From NCBI GenBank assembly GCA_963662585.1, contig OY759729.1, forward strand, positions 2,176,001 through 2,240,000: a stretch of DNA of 64,000 nt, written 5' to 3'. The position numbers and the translations under genes were made by a program. The notes below the pieces were generated by a model, which did no database searches, was not told where the DNA came from, and saw nothing but the letters and a program-made list of their open reading frames with translations. Positions 1 to 9,792 of the stretch are shown in pieces. The DNA is from Candidatus Cloacimonadales bacterium. GTDB taxonomy: Bacteria > Cloacimonadota > Cloacimonadia > Cloacimonadales > JAFGVF01. The stretch's first letter is position 1, and each line of letters begins with the position of its first letter.

Positions 1-2
1 CT

Positions 3-785
3 ATTCCTTACTCTTTAGATACTGAATTTATTAATGTTAAAGAAAATAATAATCAAATTGATCTTTCTTCAGGATTGACTTTAAACAGAATCGATACTCA
101 ATTCAGTTATTCTTTAGCAGATAGAAAAAGATGGTCTAATACCACAACCCAAACTGTCACGACTATCTTCCCAGATATTTCTATAAATATTAATGATATT
201 CAAAGATATATTAGATTGCAAGACTATTTAACAAGTAGCTCCATCGGGACTAATTTCTCTTATCAAGTTAAAGAAGAGGGCGAAATTGGCTATACAGAAC
301 CAAATTCTCAGACATTAACAACTAGTTTATCACCTCTTATAAGCTGGAGAGGTAATTGGATAAATAATGTTCAAACAAGTCTCTCTTATAATTGGACTCA
401 AGCTGAAACTACTACAAATAAAGTATCTTTTGATTATATTACAAATACTAATAATCAAGGCCTAAATGGTAATATAAATTGGGCCTTTAGAGCAGTTGAT
501 GGATTTAAACTACCTTTCATCTCAAAATCTTTTGTTATTAAAAATGATATGACTTTAAAAACTGATTTTTCTTGGGATAAAAGCTACTCTACTGAGAAAG
601 GTAATGGCAGGGAAGTTGTTACTAAAAATCTAGTTAATTACTCTATTGTTCCTGGTGCTGCCTATAATTTCCATAGAAATATTAAAGGTGGAACAGACTT
701 TTCTTATAAGTTAACTCAAGATAAAAAGAGTAATAGAGATATTCAAATTACCTCATTTGCTATTTGGATAGAGATAACTTTCTAA
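3..785 (+). CDS. sprA: C-terminal part of an outer-membrane beta-barrel, SprA/Sov-like T9SS translocon (5'-truncated by the window edge)
   Basis: Frame is open from base 3. Amphipathic beta strands and terminal Phe (WIEITF). Segments LSPLISW, GFKLPF...KNDMTLKTDFS and YSIVPGAAYNF resemble SprA C-termini. Confidence 0.65.
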   Translation: MPYSLDTEFINVKENNNQIDLSSGLTLNRIDTQFSYSLADRKRWSNTTTQTVTTIFPDISININDIQRYIRLQDYLTSSSIGTNFSYQVKEEGEIGYTEPNSQTLTTSLSPLISWRGNWINNVQTSLSYNWTQAETTTNKVSFDYITNTNNQGLNGNINWAFRAVDGFKLPFISKSFVIKNDMTLKTDFSWDKSYSTEKGNGREVVTKNLVNYSIVPGAAYNFHRNIKGGTDFSYKLTQDKKSNRDIQITSFAIWIEITF

Positions 786-842
786 TTAATGAAGAAGATA
801 ATCACTTACATATCCTTTGTCAGCTGACACAGCAAAACACCC

Positions 843-880
843 TTCTTGTAGAGACTTTGCATGTAAGGTCTCTACAAGAA
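843..880. repeat. GTAG-type REP-like palindrome, possibly also a terminator
   Basis: TTCTTGTAGAGAC-TTTGCATGTAAG-GTCTCTACAAGAA has perfect 13-bp arms. Confidence 0.7.
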
Positions 881-1406
881 ACAGTCAATTAGACGGGGAT
901 TGCGAAACTATGTGAAAGTCCTAATCTTCGTGTCTAAGTCTCTTCACAATCATCTGCATCCCATTTCCTTCGACCTTACCACTTGTAAAGCTATAGATTA
1001 CAGTTCATTATAAGCAAGAGAATATATCTTTAGCTTTACTTTGATGATGGAATTGATAATTATTAATGAACAAGGAGTTTTTGAATGTATTTAAGAGATT
1101 AGAGAAATCACAAAATAATGCTAAGTAGGAATAATTATTAAATTTATAATTCTTGGAAAAAAGATTTCTTCTCATATCATAAGTTAATAAAAAATTATTC
1201 AATTAAGATATCTTTAAATAAAGAATTAAATCATTTTTTCAATCAAATTTCAGGTCAGTAATAAGCAAAACTGTTTTTGATAAATTTACATTGTAATTCA
1301 GATATTTAAGCTCGTTGTCAATTGAAATGGTAAAGTACTCTGAGCATATTACAACACTTGTTGATGCAAATAGAATTAGAAAAAAAAATACTTTGAGTCT
1401 CATATT

Positions 1407-3653
1407 CTAAATCTCTTCATGATTGATTATGTCTATTAAAGCTTTTATTAGAGAGTCATATTCTACCTTGTAGGGAAGAGAATCATTTCTATTATTGATT
1501 ATATCAAATCTTCCAAACCAAAGAATTCTTTTATCAATAATTACGAAATTACTCTTATTATGATAATCTATCGTTTTTAAAGTAAAACCTTTATCAATAA
1601 TCATAGGTTGAAGCTGATTAAATTCTTTTTTATTCTTAAAATTATTCAATACGAAAGTTACTTTAAGACTTTCTAAATCATAGTTGGAAGTGTTGCGAAG
1701 AAAATTTTTCATTCCAAGTAAATTTGCTCTAGATGAAACAATAATAAGTTCATTTTTTGCATTTTTAATATCTTGGAGAATATCTGTATAATTATAAATC
1801 TTTCCTTTAGTTCTATTGTTATAACTTATAAAAACTGATGAAAAATTATCAACTGTTACAGTATCATTTTCTGAGCTAAGAATTCTTGTAATTGCATTAA
1901 ATAATGTTTCATAAGGATGATAGTTTTTGAAATAAAAATTATCACCAATAATATATAATTTATGATTAGTTCTAGTAAAAATATGATCAATTATCATTTT
2001 GCTTGATTTATTGTCTTCATCATTAATTAATGAATAATCAGTCATTGAACCTTCAGCATCAACTGTATCAAAAATAACTATTGAATATCTTTTAGTATCA
2101 AAGGTTGGCACTGAATGGATAGAAACTCTTTTTGAGGACAATAAATTTTCTTCTTTGAGTATTTTGCTTATGAAAAGTGCTTGATCTGAGTATGTTGTAA
2201 AGATTCCTATTGAAAAATCAGAATCATTATTAGCTAATAAGCTCTTAACTATATTTGAACAAACTATGGCATTATGAAAATTTACTCTTCTTGAAGGTGA
2301 AATATTGAAAAGAACTGGCCTATTTACGCAATTGTTTATAAATACAAGGGGCATATTATCTGATACATTATCAACAAATAACTGTCTATTTTTTCCCTCA
2401 GAGTGTATTATTAAACTCCCATGTAGATCTTTATTAATATAACTAAAAATATCATGATTTATGCGGTATTGCACTCTTAACATAACTGCATTACAATTAT
2501 GACAATTTTCTCTCGTATCAAGTCTATCAAAAATATTAGATTGATAATAAGAGTTATTTTTAGAAAAACTTATTAGAGGTATTTGAGGATAAGTTCCAAC
2601 GATCACTAGTTTTTCAGTAGCTTTTGTAGCTATCCAGAATAAGATTGGAAAAGGTATAAGCTCTGCTTCATCAAAGATGACAATATCAAATTTCTGAGAA
2701 TCAAAAAACTTCCTAGTTAATAGCTGATTTATTGTTATTCCAATAAGTGCTGAATTGGATAAGATTGAATTATTTTCTTCTCTAATACAATTATCCAATT
2801 CCTTTAATTCCTGTATTAGTGACTCATCTCTAGGGGCTTTTTCCTTATTACTAAAGATTTTATAAATATCATTTATCCTTGCTAATTCTGGTGATAACAA
2901 CATTTTTATTTTGTGATTTAAGGTTAGACTATGCAATAGATTATTATATGTGTTTTTACAACACTGTAATGCACTATCTAATAAGGTCATTGACTGTATA
3001 TACTCTTTATCTTGTATTTGTTTTGAGAGAAAAGTGAATGCTTCCTGAAGTGCGTTATTATTACTTGTAACTAGTAATACTCTTTTACCAATATGCAAGA
3101 AATTTTCGATTATCTTGGATATTGTAAAAGATTTTCCAGTTCTAGCAGCTCCCCAAAAATATGAGTGGGACATTTTCATAGCATTGTTAATAGCTAAAAT
3201 TTGTGATTGATTTGCTTGGCCATATCTAACTAGTTGAGGTAGTTGATTTTTTGTGAAATTATAATTTATCAGATTAAAGCTAATTTCGAAATAATTCTTT
3301 GAGTCTGAATGTTCAACTAATCGCCTTAATAGTTTTTCTAGAACTATCCATGGTTTTAAAAAAAGTGTTGCTTCCTCTATATGCTCCCTAAAATCCTTTG
3401 AAAGTAGGATACTAAGATAGTTGTGGCATCCTGAGGTAATAATACAATCGTACTGCTCCCCATTAATAGTAATAGTTGCGGGACTATTGTCAGCTAATTC
3501 TATTAAATCATTATGTTGAAAAATATATAAGTTACTATTTTGATCTGGTTCCTTTGTACCTGAAAAAAGATAATATGATTTTGACCCGAAATTTCTTTTT
3601 TGTGCTTCTATTTCTAGTCTAACTGATTCAATTAAAGGCTTAATATTGTTCAT
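1407..3653 (-). CDS. Upf1/DNA2-like SF1 helicase (AAA_11/AAA_12) with C-terminal PLD-like domain; motifs degenerate
   Basis: Walker A GAARTGKS, Walker B FDEAE, LRVQYR, IFTTYSDQA, FTRT; C-terminal NFVIIDKRILWFG. RBS AGGAG upstream. Confidence 0.75.
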   Translation of the reverse strand: MNNIKPLIESVRLEIEAQKRNFGSKSYYLFSGTKEPDQNSNLYIFQHNDLIELADNSPATITINGEQYDCIITSGCHNYLSILLSKDFREHIEEATLFLKPWIVLEKLLRRLVEHSDSKNYFEISFNLINYNFTKNQLPQLVRYGQANQSQILAINNAMKMSHSYFWGAARTGKSFTISKIIENFLHIGKRVLLVTSNNNALQEAFTFLSKQIQDKEYIQSMTLLDSALQCCKNTYNNLLHSLTLNHKIKMLLSPELARINDIYKIFSNKEKAPRDESLIQELKELDNCIREENNSILSNSALIGITINQLLTRKFFDSQKFDIVIFDEAELIPFPILFWIATKATEKLVIVGTYPQIPLISFSKNNSYYQSNIFDRLDTRENCHNCNAVMLRVQYRINHDIFSYINKDLHGSLIIHSEGKNRQLFVDNVSDNMPLVFINNCVNRPVLFNISPSRRVNFHNAIVCSNIVKSLLANNDSDFSIGIFTTYSDQALFISKILKEENLLSSKRVSIHSVPTFDTKRYSIVIFDTVDAEGSMTDYSLINDEDNKSSKMIIDHIFTRTNHKLYIIGDNFYFKNYHPYETLFNAITRILSSENDTVTVDNFSSVFISYNNRTKGKIYNYTDILQDIKNAKNELIIVSSRANLLGMKNFLRNTSNYDLESLKVTFVLNNFKNKKEFNQLQPMIIDKGFTLKTIDYHNKSNFVIIDKRILWFGRFDIINNRNDSLPYKVEYDSLIKALIDIINHEEI

Positions 3654-3985
3654 AAAGCTCCTTAAATTCGATGTTATCTGATTATAATGTAGGAATTTTT
3701 CTCAATTCTCTTCAAGATAATACTATATTTTGAACAGATTCTTAACATAGATTAACATAAGGGCAAAACTTCTTTGAAGAATATTTAGAAGAAGGTCTTG
3801 CAAAAAAGAGATTCAATCCTGGAGTAATAAAACTAATGACGAAGATTTTTCCTATCTCTAAATTAAACTATAATCTAGTACTATTTAACCCCCAAATGAA
3901 GAAATTGTTTGTAAAAATGTCATATATGACATAAAACAAACTTATCCTTTAAGGATAGCATAATATTATGTAATAGATGTAAATA

Positions 3986-4903
3986 TTATTCTAAAAAAAC
4001 CTTGAGCTCATCATAAGTCCTTCCTGCTTCAATAACTTCATAATTTTTATTATTATTTAAATAAGTCCATAATTCAGTTTCAATATCATTCATTCTTTTG
4101 CTTAATTCATTTAATTGGTCTTTTTTTAATTGAGTAAACAAACTCATACTTTCAATAATATCTTTGTTCTTTTGAAAAGCAGAGAATACTTCAGTAGAGT
4201 TCAAAATTCTTTCTCCAATAGACAAAAGATAGAAATCTTTGTTATTTTCATCTGTGACATTAATTATATCAGTTTCATTTATTTCTATAACATTTGAGTA
4301 AGTATCTTCACTAGTTTGAATCTTAACAAAAGGAATAGCTTTTACTATATTCTTTAATTCTGGTCTGTACTTTGAAAAACATACTGGTGCGAAGATATTT
4401 AGATTATCTCCAATTGAGACTTTATCTACATTATACGAGAAAATTAAAGAATTCTTTATTTTTAAACTATCGGAATAAACTGTTCCTAGAACAATACAAT
4501 TGTCTAACACAGCTTCTTTTGATACCACATTTCCATAAACTATGGAATTATTTAAGGTAATTCTTTTACCGTAAATATCAGACATAAATTTAGTTTTAAC
4601 TTCATATTGTGAAGTAATAATATTATTTCTAGCTACTACTGTTGAATTGAATACTATCTCAGTGGTATCAATCTTTGTATTGGCATCAATAACAATATCA
4701 GAATCACTAAACATTGTCTTCTCTACTCTTATTGAACTGCCAATGACATCAATACTTTTACCATAAACTGAACCTAAAATATTAGCTCCAGATTTTAGAT
4801 AAACTTTTCTTTGCATCTCTTTGTAAAATCCAGGTATGACATCACCATGATGCTCAGTACCTACAACATATCTATTACTATCTTGGATACTATCGTTTTG
4901 CAT
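3986..4903 (-). CDS. Hypothetical protein with beta-helix (bactofilin-like) repeats
   Basis: 305 aa. Repeated V/I-rich strands (ILGSVYG, IVYGNVVS, IVLGTVYS). Starts 8 bp after the upstream gene. Confidence 0.7.
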   Translation of the reverse strand: MQNDSIQDSNRYVVGTEHHGDVIPGFYKEMQRKVYLKSGANILGSVYGKSIDVIGSSIRVEKTMFSDSDIVIDANTKIDTTEIVFNSTVVARNNIITSQYEVKTKFMSDIYGKRITLNNSIVYGNVVSKEAVLDNCIVLGTVYSDSLKIKNSLIFSYNVDKVSIGDNLNIFAPVCFSKYRPELKNIVKAIPFVKIQTSEDTYSNVIEINETDIINVTDENNKDFYLLSIGERILNSTEVFSAFQKNKDIIESMSLFTQLKKDQLNELSKRMNDIETELWTYLNNNKNYEVIEAGRTYDELKVFLE

Positions 4904-4911
4904 ATTTCATC

Positions 4912-5817
4912 CTAGTTATCTATCTTGAAGTACTTATCAAGTAAAGATATTTTTGAAGTATAATTCTTATACTTGTCTTCTATATCTTTGATTTTACTAT
5001 CTTTATCATTATTACTTGCAATTTTCATTTTTGCTAAATCATATACCTTTTCTAAATCAATATTCTTATCTTTGTTACTTACATCGAGAAGTATCTTAGT
5101 TGTTATACTGTTATTCTTTTTGTTCTTAATTTTAACATAATAGAATCCTATTTCATAATCTCCTTCTACTAGTTTTGTCTGTCCAACTCTAGGAAATTGA
5201 GAATGAAATTCTCTTCTTCTCTCTATGAATGAATCTATGTTATCTTGTGCAGTATCTAAATTTTCTTTTAGCACTAATCCTCTGTTAGTAGAAGATTCTA
5301 CTAAATGCTGGGACATTTTTACAAAGTTCAGTTTGGGTTTATCTTTTTTAAGATCTAGTACGCATGAATCAAAGGTCTCTCCTATAAGTGAATAAGCTTC
5401 CTTATCAAGTTCTTTTAAATACTTCTCATGTTCATAAGAGTAATTATCCATTAGATTTTCAATTCTATTATCAATTTCATAAACAGATTCTTCAATAAGC
5501 CTATTACTCTCATCAATACTTTTATCCATCAACTTTATCTTTTTTTCTAAACTCTTTAAATTTGAGTATTTTTTTATAACTTCCATCTCTATAATATTCA
5601 TGGATAATGAAGAGAATTGTTCGACAATTTTGATTTTCATATCTTTAAATAATTCAGGAATTTTGTTGAGTACTTGCAATGGTCTCACAATTTCTATCAT
5701 ATCATGATGTAACCAATTACTAATACGCTGTGACACCTTGTTTATAGAATCTATTTCTGGACTATGTACTTCCATCTTCTTAGGGAAATTAACATTTACT
5801 TTTCTTTCATCTTCCAT
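4912..5817 (-). CDS. Hypothetical coiled-coil protein
   Basis: 301 aa, charged helical heptads. RBS AAAGGA; 12-bp gap to the upstream gene. Confidence 0.7.
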   Translation of the reverse strand: MEDERKVNVNFPKKMEVHSPEIDSINKVSQRISNWLHHDMIEIVRPLQVLNKIPELFKDMKIKIVEQFSSLSMNIIEMEVIKKYSNLKSLEKKIKLMDKSIDESNRLIEESVYEIDNRIENLMDNYSYEHEKYLKELDKEAYSLIGETFDSCVLDLKKDKPKLNFVKMSQHLVESSTNRGLVLKENLDTAQDNIDSFIERRREFHSQFPRVGQTKLVEGDYEIGFYYVKIKNKKNNSITTKILLDVSNKDKNIDLEKVYDLAKMKIASNNDKDSKIKDIEDKYKNYTSKISLLDKYFKIDN

Positions 5818-5829
5818 AATATTATCCTT

Positions 5830-7671
5830 TTAAAATTTATTAAAGAATTTATTTTCATTTTTGTCTCTTTTTTTAGTCTGTTTTAAATTCTCTCTATGAT
5901 GTCTTTCATCTTGTTCTAACCACTGGTTACCTTGGTCGATATTTTCTCTTTGATGTTGTTCATTCTGCTTCCTATCATACTCAGATTGCTCTATATATGT
6001 TGATTCCATAGAGTGTAAGTTATCATTCACCTTTTGCATTTCATTTAGTGCTGCTAACTCTCTAGCTTCTCGTTCCATATCTGCAAGATTTTTTGCTTTT
6101 GATAAGGTTGTTAACTCCTCATTTAGACGATCCATCTGTTCATTTTTATATGTTGTTAATCTTGTAGCAACTTCATTTTGTAGTTTTTGTATTTCTGTAA
6201 CATCATGTTTAGCTTTGATACAGATATCACTTATTACATTTGATTGTAGATTTTTATAATTGGTAGCTATCTCATTTATATAATCTACAGATTCACTATC
6301 TCCTAAATATTCAATATTATACTCATCAAGCTTATCTTTCTTTTCTAGTACTCTTTCAAATCCGGCATGGAAAAGTTCTCGTTTTTCTCTTTTAACCTCA
6401 TCAATCTTGTTATATTCTTTATTTTTCAATTCAGTTTCTGCTTTAAGCCTTTCACCATAATTTTCTCTTATCAAGTTATTATATAAGGGTTTTATTACTT
6501 CTTCATAACTCTTTGATTTCCTAATAGGTTTATCCGTTTCTTCTCCACATACTGGACATACCCACTTCTTAATAGTAATATCATAATAGCATCTTGTTGT
6601 CTCACTTATCTCTGTATTTCTTTGCTCTTCGTGGATAGAATAAGTTTTATTTTGTATCTCATCAGCTATTGATGCGTTGCATATAGGACAGTAGTTAACA
6701 TAGTCACTAAAAAGTGATGTTTGGAAGAACTCATATAAAGTTGGACAAATCTCTTCTCTTGTTGACTTATTTCTATAAAAATCCATCAAGGAGAGCTTTT
6801 CATTCCAGGAAGATGCCCATTCACTCAATGTTGATTCAATATCGTGCCCATAGCACGAATCTACTTCACTTATTAAAGGGTCACTAAAGTTACTATCCTT
6901 ATTCACTTTTGATAAAACATTATAAATTTCTAAATTATTACATATAGTAGATTCTAGTTTCTTATGTATTACCTCATCACAAGCAATACCTATTTGATCA
7001 ATAATATTATGAATTTCATTTTCATAACCTTTGATAACAACTTCATCATCATTAGTACTAATATATTCTGACGCCTCTCCAGATAGAATAAAAGGTACTA
7101 GATTTTTTTGATTCATTTCATCAATATTTTTTAACACCCCTTCACTATCTTGTATCATTGGATAATCTAATTGTTGTATAGGACATTCTGATTCATTTAT
7201 AAAAAGGCCAACTGAGTCTGCAAATTTTCTAACACTAAAATTAAGAGTTGAAACTCCAATATCAACAATTTCTGAATTTTGTAATCCCTCATCATCAATA
7301 TAGTTCATTTCTCCTTTCTTTATATTGTACTGTGTAACTAGTTTATCTTTCTGTATAGGTTTCTTTTCGGTAAATTTCTTCTTTACTGTCAAAAATAGAA
7401 TTAGTAGTATGATCGATGTTGCTAAAGAAATATAGAAAATTGTTTTATCCACATTTTTAACATAAACTATAGAAGCTATTATAGATAAAGCTATTGGAGG
7501 GAAAAATAGTGGATTGTATTTTTTATGTTCGATTTCAATAAATGAGTCAACTTTAGTTTTAACTGTATTAGACTCTATAATTATATTCTGACTAAACTCC
7601 AATTTTTTGCCAAGATCATGATTTATCTTCTCAATAAACTGTAGTAAATTATCAACATTAATATTGTTCAT
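5830..7671 (-). CDS. Hypothetical membrane-anchored protein: 2 TM, CxxC..CxxC Zn ribbon, long coiled coil
   Basis: 613 aa. Two hydrophobic helices near the N-terminus; CPIC and CPVC; strong RBS GAGGAGGAG. Confidence 0.75.
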   Translation of the reverse strand: MNNINVDNLLQFIEKINHDLGKKLEFSQNIIIESNTVKTKVDSFIEIEHKKYNPLFFPPIALSIIASIVYVKNVDKTIFYISLATSIILLILFLTVKKKFTEKKPIQKDKLVTQYNIKKGEMNYIDDEGLQNSEIVDIGVSTLNFSVRKFADSVGLFINESECPIQQLDYPMIQDSEGVLKNIDEMNQKNLVPFILSGEASEYISTNDDEVVIKGYENEIHNIIDQIGIACDEVIHKKLESTICNNLEIYNVLSKVNKDSNFSDPLISEVDSCYGHDIESTLSEWASSWNEKLSLMDFYRNKSTREEICPTLYEFFQTSLFSDYVNYCPICNASIADEIQNKTYSIHEEQRNTEISETTRCYYDITIKKWVCPVCGEETDKPIRKSKSYEEVIKPLYNNLIRENYGERLKAETELKNKEYNKIDEVKREKRELFHAGFERVLEKKDKLDEYNIEYLGDSESVDYINEIATNYKNLQSNVISDICIKAKHDVTEIQKLQNEVATRLTTYKNEQMDRLNEELTTLSKAKNLADMEREARELAALNEMQKVNDNLHSMESTYIEQSEYDRKQNEQHQRENIDQGNQWLEQDERHHRENLKQTKKRDKNENKFFNKF

Positions 7672-8123
7672 TACTCCTCCTCAAGTGTAAATATGACTAT
7701 ATTCAATGTTTGTTATGATAATATTTTTTTTGATGTTATGAGTAAATATTTGATTTTGATATTAAACATTTATTGCTTCGTTAATTCTGCGTTGTTAACT
7801 CAAATGTCATTTCTGCAATTATTGTAGCTATCTATCTAAGATTCAATATATTCTTAGTATATCTAAACTTCAAAATAGGGATTAAACAATTTGGTTAACT
7901 TAATGATTTTTAACAGATAGTGATTAAATTTACTATTATACAAAATCGAATACCATCTAATCAACTACAATAGTACTTTCATATAATCTCCTAGTTAATT
8001 ATTTAGTACAAATTAGAGGTTAATAAAAAAAGTGTCAATTAAAATTTCTCTTTTTTGTCTCTTTTGTCTATGTGAGACTCAGATAATTCTTATTATGTCT
8101 CTTTCTCTTTGACTAGCACCTAT

Positions 8124-8280
8124 TTACTCTATGTTAAGGGCCTTTTCTTTATTTGTGTAATTAATATAGGTTGGAATAGTTATTTGTTGAGAATCTTGCG
8201 TAGATTTTTTTTTTCATCCTTGATCATCAGTCTTAATTCGTGGAAATTCGTTTTAATTTGTCTTAATCCGTGTGAAGGGT
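8124..8280. repeat. Short dispersed repeat cluster (CACAGAG-type and CACGAATT-type)
   Basis: TTACTCTATGTTAAGGGCCTTTTC matches ~15194-15214 and the reverse complement of 18744-18766. 8236-8280 matches the reverse complement of 18672-18715. Confidence 0.6.
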
Positions 8281-8445
8281 CTTTCAGTTTAATGCATTAT
8301 TGTGACTGCAAATTTTCTTAAGTTTCTCTTAAGATATCTTGCTATAAGAGACTAATATCAGGGTATTAAAAAAAGGGGTTGACACTAAATCTAATGATTA
8401 AAATATATGGCTTAAAGAATAAAAAATAAAATATAGGAGGAGATA

Positions 8446-9687
8446 ATGTCTGAAAATTTAAAATATGGATCTATTAGTTCCACTGAGGCGATGGAGTTAG
8501 AAAATAAATATGGTGCACACAACTACCATCCACTACCAATTGTGATTGCAAAAGGCCAAGGAGCTAAGGTATGGGATCCGGAAGGAAATGAATACTTCGA
8601 TTTCCTTTCAGCTTATTCAGCTGTTAATCAAGGACACTGTCATCCAAAAATTATCAATGCTCTTATTGAGCAAGCGAAAACATTAACTTTGACTTCAAGA
8701 GCCTTTTATTCAAATAACTTAGGTGATTATGAAAAATTCATCACAGAGTTCTTTGGATTTGATATGGTTCTTCCAATGAATAGTGGTGCTGAAGCTGTAG
8801 AAACTGCTATCAAAGTAGCTCGTAAATGGGGTTATGATAAGAAAGGTATTGAAAATGGAAAAGCTGTTATTGTCTTTGCTGAAGGAAACTTCCATGGTAG
8901 AACAGTAACGATTATTTCTGCTTCTGTTGATCCTGAATGTAGAGACGGATTTGGTCCTTTCACTCCTGGAATTCATAAAATTCCTTACAACAATGCTCAA
9001 GCTTTAGAAGAATATCTCTCAGCTGAAGGCAAGCATGTAGCAGCTTTTATCGTTGAACCTATTCAAGGTGAAGCTGGTGTATTCGTTCCAGATGATGGCT
9101 ATTTAAAGAGCTGTTATGATATCTGTAAAAAACACAATGTTCTTTTTGTAGCTGATGAAGTTCAAACTGGTGTTGCTAGAACTGGTCGTCTATTAGCTTG
9201 TGATTACGAAAATGTTCGTCCTGACATTCTTATCCTTGGAAAAGCTATTTCTGGTGGTGTATATCCTGTTTCAGCTGTTCTTGCTGATAAAGAAATCATG
9301 ATGGTTATCAAACCAGGACAACATGGTTCTACTTACGGTGGAAATCCTGTTGCTTGTGCTGTTGCTAAAGCAGCTTTAGAAGTTGTAAGAGATGAAGATC
9401 TTACTCAAAGAGCTTTCGACTTAGGTAAAATCTTCCGTGAAGAACTTGAAAAATTCAATCACCCAATGATTAAATTAGTTAGAGGAAGAGGTTTACTTAA
9501 CGCTATCGTTGTTGAACCTAAAGACGGAAAAGAAGCATGGGATGTATGTGTATTGCTTAAAGAAGCTGGTTTATTGTGTAAGCCAACTCACAGACATATC
9601 ATCAGATTTGCTCCACCGCTTGTTATTTCAGAAAAAGAACTTAGAGAAGCTTTAGAAATTATCAAAGGTGTTTTTAACGCTTTATAA
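8446..9687 (+). CDS. rocD: Ornithine--oxo-acid aminotransferase
   Basis: Class III PLP aminotransferase: [55 protein letters not shown]. Confidence 0.95.
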   Translation: MSENLKYGSISSTEAMELENKYGAHNYHPLPIVIAKGQGAKVWDPEGNEYFDFLSAYSAVNQGHCHPKIINALIEQAKTLTLTSRAFYSNNLGDYEKFITEFFGFDMVLPMNSGAEAVETAIKVARKWGYDKKGIENGKAVIVFAEGNFHGRTVTIISASVDPECRDGFGPFTPGIHKIPYNNAQALEEYLSAEGKHVAAFIVEPIQGEAGVFVPDDGYLKSCYDICKKHNVLFVADEVQTGVARTGRLLACDYENVRPDILILGKAISGGVYPVSAVLADKEIMMVIKPGQHGSTYGGNPVACAVAKAALEVVRDEDLTQRAFDLGKIFREELEKFNHPMIKLVRGRGLLNAIVVEPKDGKEAWDVCVLLKEAGLLCKPTHRHIIRFAPPLVISEKELREALEIIKGVFNAL

Positions 9688-9710
9688 TAAGAAATAAAAC
9701 TTGATATAAT

Positions 9711-9742
9711 AAAAAGGTCCTTGAATACTCAAGGACCTTTTT
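9711..9742. terminator. Bidirectional intrinsic terminator
   Basis: AAAAAGGTCCTTGA-ATAC-TCAAGGACCTTTTT lies between convergent genes. Confidence 0.85.
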
Positions 9743-9792
9743 AAATTTAGAATCTAGATATAATAACCTTTAGAGGAATGCATCATCTGGTT

